Source of the DNA: Mobula birostris
Taxonomy: Eukaryota
Direction: 5' to 3'
DNA: 64,000 nucleotides
NCBI RefSeq assembly: GCF_030028105.1
Contig: NC_092379.1
Span: 28,823,821-28,887,820, forward strand
Shown here in pieces: positions 60,825 through 64,000 of this stretch. A program made the position numbers and the translations under genes. The notes beneath the pieces are model-generated. The model did no database searches. It saw only the letters and a program-made list of their open reading frames with translations, and was not told the DNA's origin. Numbering within the stretch: the stretch's first letter is position 1; every line of letters begins with the position of its first letter.

Positions 60825-63499
60825 AAGGCTCCATCTTCTTCGCACCGAAACCCTCTCCTCTCCACTGACACCCCCAGCCTCCCCCCACCCCGCTCTGATC
60901 CCAGTTCTCATCCGTGCCAGGTCTTTACCATCCCCTCCGACCTTCAACTGTCGGAGACAGAACGCTCTGTCCTCAGTAAGGACCTCACCATTGTCCCCCT
61001 TCGCCCACACCTCAGCGAGTTCCATGTTCGCCATGATGCGAAACTCTTCTTCCGCCGTCTCCGTCTCCCAGCCTACTTCTTCGGCAAGGACTCTTTCACC
61101 CCCACCGATGACCCCTTCTCCCGTCTTCAACCCTCCTCTTCTTCATGGACACCCCGCTCTGGTCTTCTGCCTCCTCTGCATCTCTTTATCGCTAACTGCC
61201 GACGGGATATCAACCGTCTCGACTTCACCGCACCTTGTTCCCATTCCAACCTCACTCCTTCGGAACGCTCTGCTCTCCGCTCCCTCCGCACTAATCCTAA
61301 CCTTACTATAAAACCCGCCGATAAGGGGGGTGCTGTTGTAGTCTGGCGTACTGACCTTTACCTTGCCGAGACACAGGGACAACTCGCGGATACCTCCTCT
61401 TATTTACCCCTCGATCGTGACCCCACTAAGGAGCACCAGGCCATGGTCTCCCACACCATCACCAACTTTATCCGCTGAGGGGATCTCCCATCCACTGTTA
61501 TCAACCTTATAGTTCCCACACCTCGCACTTCCCGTTTCTACCTCCTACCCAAGATCCACAAACCTGCCTGTCCTGGCAGTCCTATTGTCTTAGCTTGCTC
61601 CTGCCCCACCGAACTTGTTTCTGCATACCTCAACACGGTTTTATCACCCCTTGTTCAACCCCTTCCTAACTATGTTCATGACACTTCTCACACTCTTAAA
61701 CTTTTCGATGATTTTAAGTTCCCTGGCCCCCACCGCTTTATTTTCACCATGGATCTCCAGTCCCTGTATACTTCCATCCCCAATCAGGAAGGTCTCAAAA
61801 CTCTCCGCTTCTTTTCGGATTCCAGACCCAATCAGTTCCCCTCTACCACCACTCTGCTCCGTCTAGCGGAATAAGTCCTTACTCTTAATAATTTCTCCTT
61901 TGGCTCCTCCCACTTCCTCCAACTAAAGGTGTAGCTATGGGCACCCGTATGGGTCCTAGCTATGCCTGCCTTTTTGCTGGGTTTGTGGAGCAATCTATGT
62001 TCCGTGCCTATTCTGGTATCTGTCCCCCACTTTTCCTTCGCTACATCGACGACTGCATTGGCGCTGCTTCCTCCACGCATGCAGAACTCGTTGACTTTAT
62101 TAACTTTGCCTCCAACTTTCACCCTGCCCTCAAGTTTACCTGGTCCATTTCCGACACCTCCCTCCCCTTTCTAGATCTTTCTGTCTCTGTCTCTGGAGAC
62201 AGCTTATCCACTGATGTCTACTATAAGCCTACTGACTCTCACAGCTATCTGGACTATTCCTCTTCTCACCCTTTCTCTTGCAAAAACGCCATCCCCTTCT
62301 CGCAATTCCTCCGTCTCCGCCGCATCTGCTCTCAGGATGAGGCTTTTCATTCTAGGACGAGGGAGATGTCTTCATTTTTTAAAGAAAGGGGCTTCCCTTC
62401 CTCCACTATCTACTCTGCACTTAAACACATCTCCCCCATTTCACGTACATCTGCTTTCACTCCATCCTCCCGCCAGGAATAGGGTTCCCCTGGTCCTCAC
62501 CTACCACCCCACCAGCCTCCGGGTCCAACATATTAATCTGCGCAACTTCCGCCACCTCCAACGGGATCCCACCACTAAGCATATCTTTCCCTTCCCCCTC
62601 TCTCTGCTTTCCGCAGGAATCGCTCCCTACGCGACTCCTTTGTCCATTCGTCCCCCCCCCCCATCCCTCCCCACTGATCTCCCTCCTGGCACTTATCCGT
62701 GTGAGCGGAACAAGTGCTACACATGCCCCTACATTTCCTCCCTTACCACCATTCACGGCCCCAGACAGTCTTTCCAGGTGAGGCGACACTTCACCTGTGA
62801 GTCGGCTGGGGTGATATACCGCGTCCGGTGCTCTCGATGTGGCTTTCTGTATATTGGCGAGACCCGACGCAGACTGGGAGACCACTTTGCTGAACACGTA
62901 CGCTCTGTCTGCCAGAGAAAGCAGAATATCCCAGTGGCCACACATTCTAATTCCACGTCCCATTCCCATTCTGACATGTCCATCCACGGCCTTCTCTACT
63001 GTAAAGATGAAGCCACACTCAGTTTGGAGGAACAACATCTTATATTCCGTCTGGGTAGCCTCCAACCTGATGGCATGAACATCGACTTCTCTAACTTCCG
63101 CTAGTGCCCCACCTCCCCCTAGTACCCCATCTGATACTTATTTTTATATACACATTCTTTCCCTCTCTCCTTTTTCTCCCTCTGTCTCTCTGACTATACC
63201 CCTTGCCCATCCTCTGCTCCCCCCCTGCCCCCGCCGTCTTTCTCCACGGATCTCCTGTCCCATGATCTTCTCATATCCCCTTTGCCAAACACCTGTCCAA
63301 CTCTTGGCTCCATCCCTCCCCTTCCTGTCTTCTCCTATCACTTTGGATCTCCCCCTCCCCCTCCCACTTTCAAAATCTCTTACTAACTCTTCCTTCAGTT
63401 AGTCCTGACGAAGGGTTTCGGCCTGAAACGTCGACTGAAACTCTTCCAATAGATGCTCCCTGGCCTGCTGCGTTTACCAGCAACTTTGATGTGCGTTGT
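60825..63499 (+). mobile_element. Penelope-like retroelement (RT and GIY-YIG), 5'-truncated and frameshifted
   Basis: IKPADKGGAVVV, AMGTRMGPSYACLF, FLRYIDDCIG, PFLDL, GVIYRVRCSRCGFLYIGETRRRLGDHFAEH. Flanked by near-identical 13-mers CAGAGAGTGATTT (60812) and CAGAGAATGATTT (63500). Confidence 0.95.
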
Positions 63500-64000
63500 C
63501 AGAGAATGATTTGAAGATGTTTCTCAGATAAAAGAGAAGTTATTCAAGTAAGGACAATCAGAGACTTTCCGGCAACTTGTCGCTCTCGTTTCAAAGTATA
63601 TGCGGATTATACTTCTAAATACAGGGCTGATACTAACCACAGGATGGTCTGGCGTTAATTGACTCACCTCTCCCCCCACCGCTCCCCACCCCCTTCGTCT
63701 CCTTCACTGTCTGATCTCTCTCGCTATCTCTTAGTCTCAGTCCATCACTTCTGACTCCGCATCTCCGATTATCCTACGAATCGTCTCCGTCCGTATCTCT
63801 CTTACTCACTGTCACTTTCAAGTGGATGTGAAGGAGTTTATTTTTGCATTCTTTTAGTGTTTCACTTTCTACTACCTCGATAAGCTGTTTAATTAATGCA
63901 TCTGTTAAATCCCAGTCAATGCAATCATCCGACAAGAATAAAAAAGCATATCCAGCAAAATGCCCCACGTGATGATAACATCAGATCTGTCAAATCTGTT

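Noticed and set aside
1-64000. NAR-TCR, IgH-like V, D, J or C segments
   Set aside because: No FGxG J motif with 12-RSS and donor, no C exon and no VNAR- or VH-type framework was seen. All intact V genes have their own leader.

Overview
Vertebrate genomic DNA. The repeat content (CR1 tails of the (CTTATGGT)n type, HE1-like SINE, Penelope, Rex1/Babar, Buster-type hAT) points to a cartilaginous fish, probably a ray; this is inference. The window is part of a germline T-cell-receptor V-segment array, most like TCR alpha/delta V. All segments lie on the minus strand with the layout 46-bp leader exon / ~85-bp phase-1 intron / ~292-301-bp V exon / 23-bp-spacer RSS. Four V genes look intact (13831-14262, 34936-35358, 43537-43969, 48441-48854). 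About 20 more are pseudogenes or fragments from several families. No D, J or C segments and no 12-RSS were seen. The array grew by mosaic segmental duplication (~32.7-44.8 kb vs ~46.2-55.4 kb; ~7.9-13.8 kb vs 42.8-44.8 + 54.5-59.7 kb) and is full of retro- and DNA-transposon remnants. Most notable non-coding signals: (1) a co-oriented CTCF-type motif typically 13-27 bp beyond the RSS nonamer of almost every V, best preserved at one pseudogene family; (2) a fixed TGACG-19 bp-CTGATTGG promoter module ~171 bp upstream of family-A start codons. Most notable coding signals: a third, non-canonical Cys in several V domains, and a paralog pair that differs almost only by amino-acid replacements confined to FR1/CDR1/FR2. 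Coordinates were read by eye; transposon boundaries are approximate. No database searches were run.
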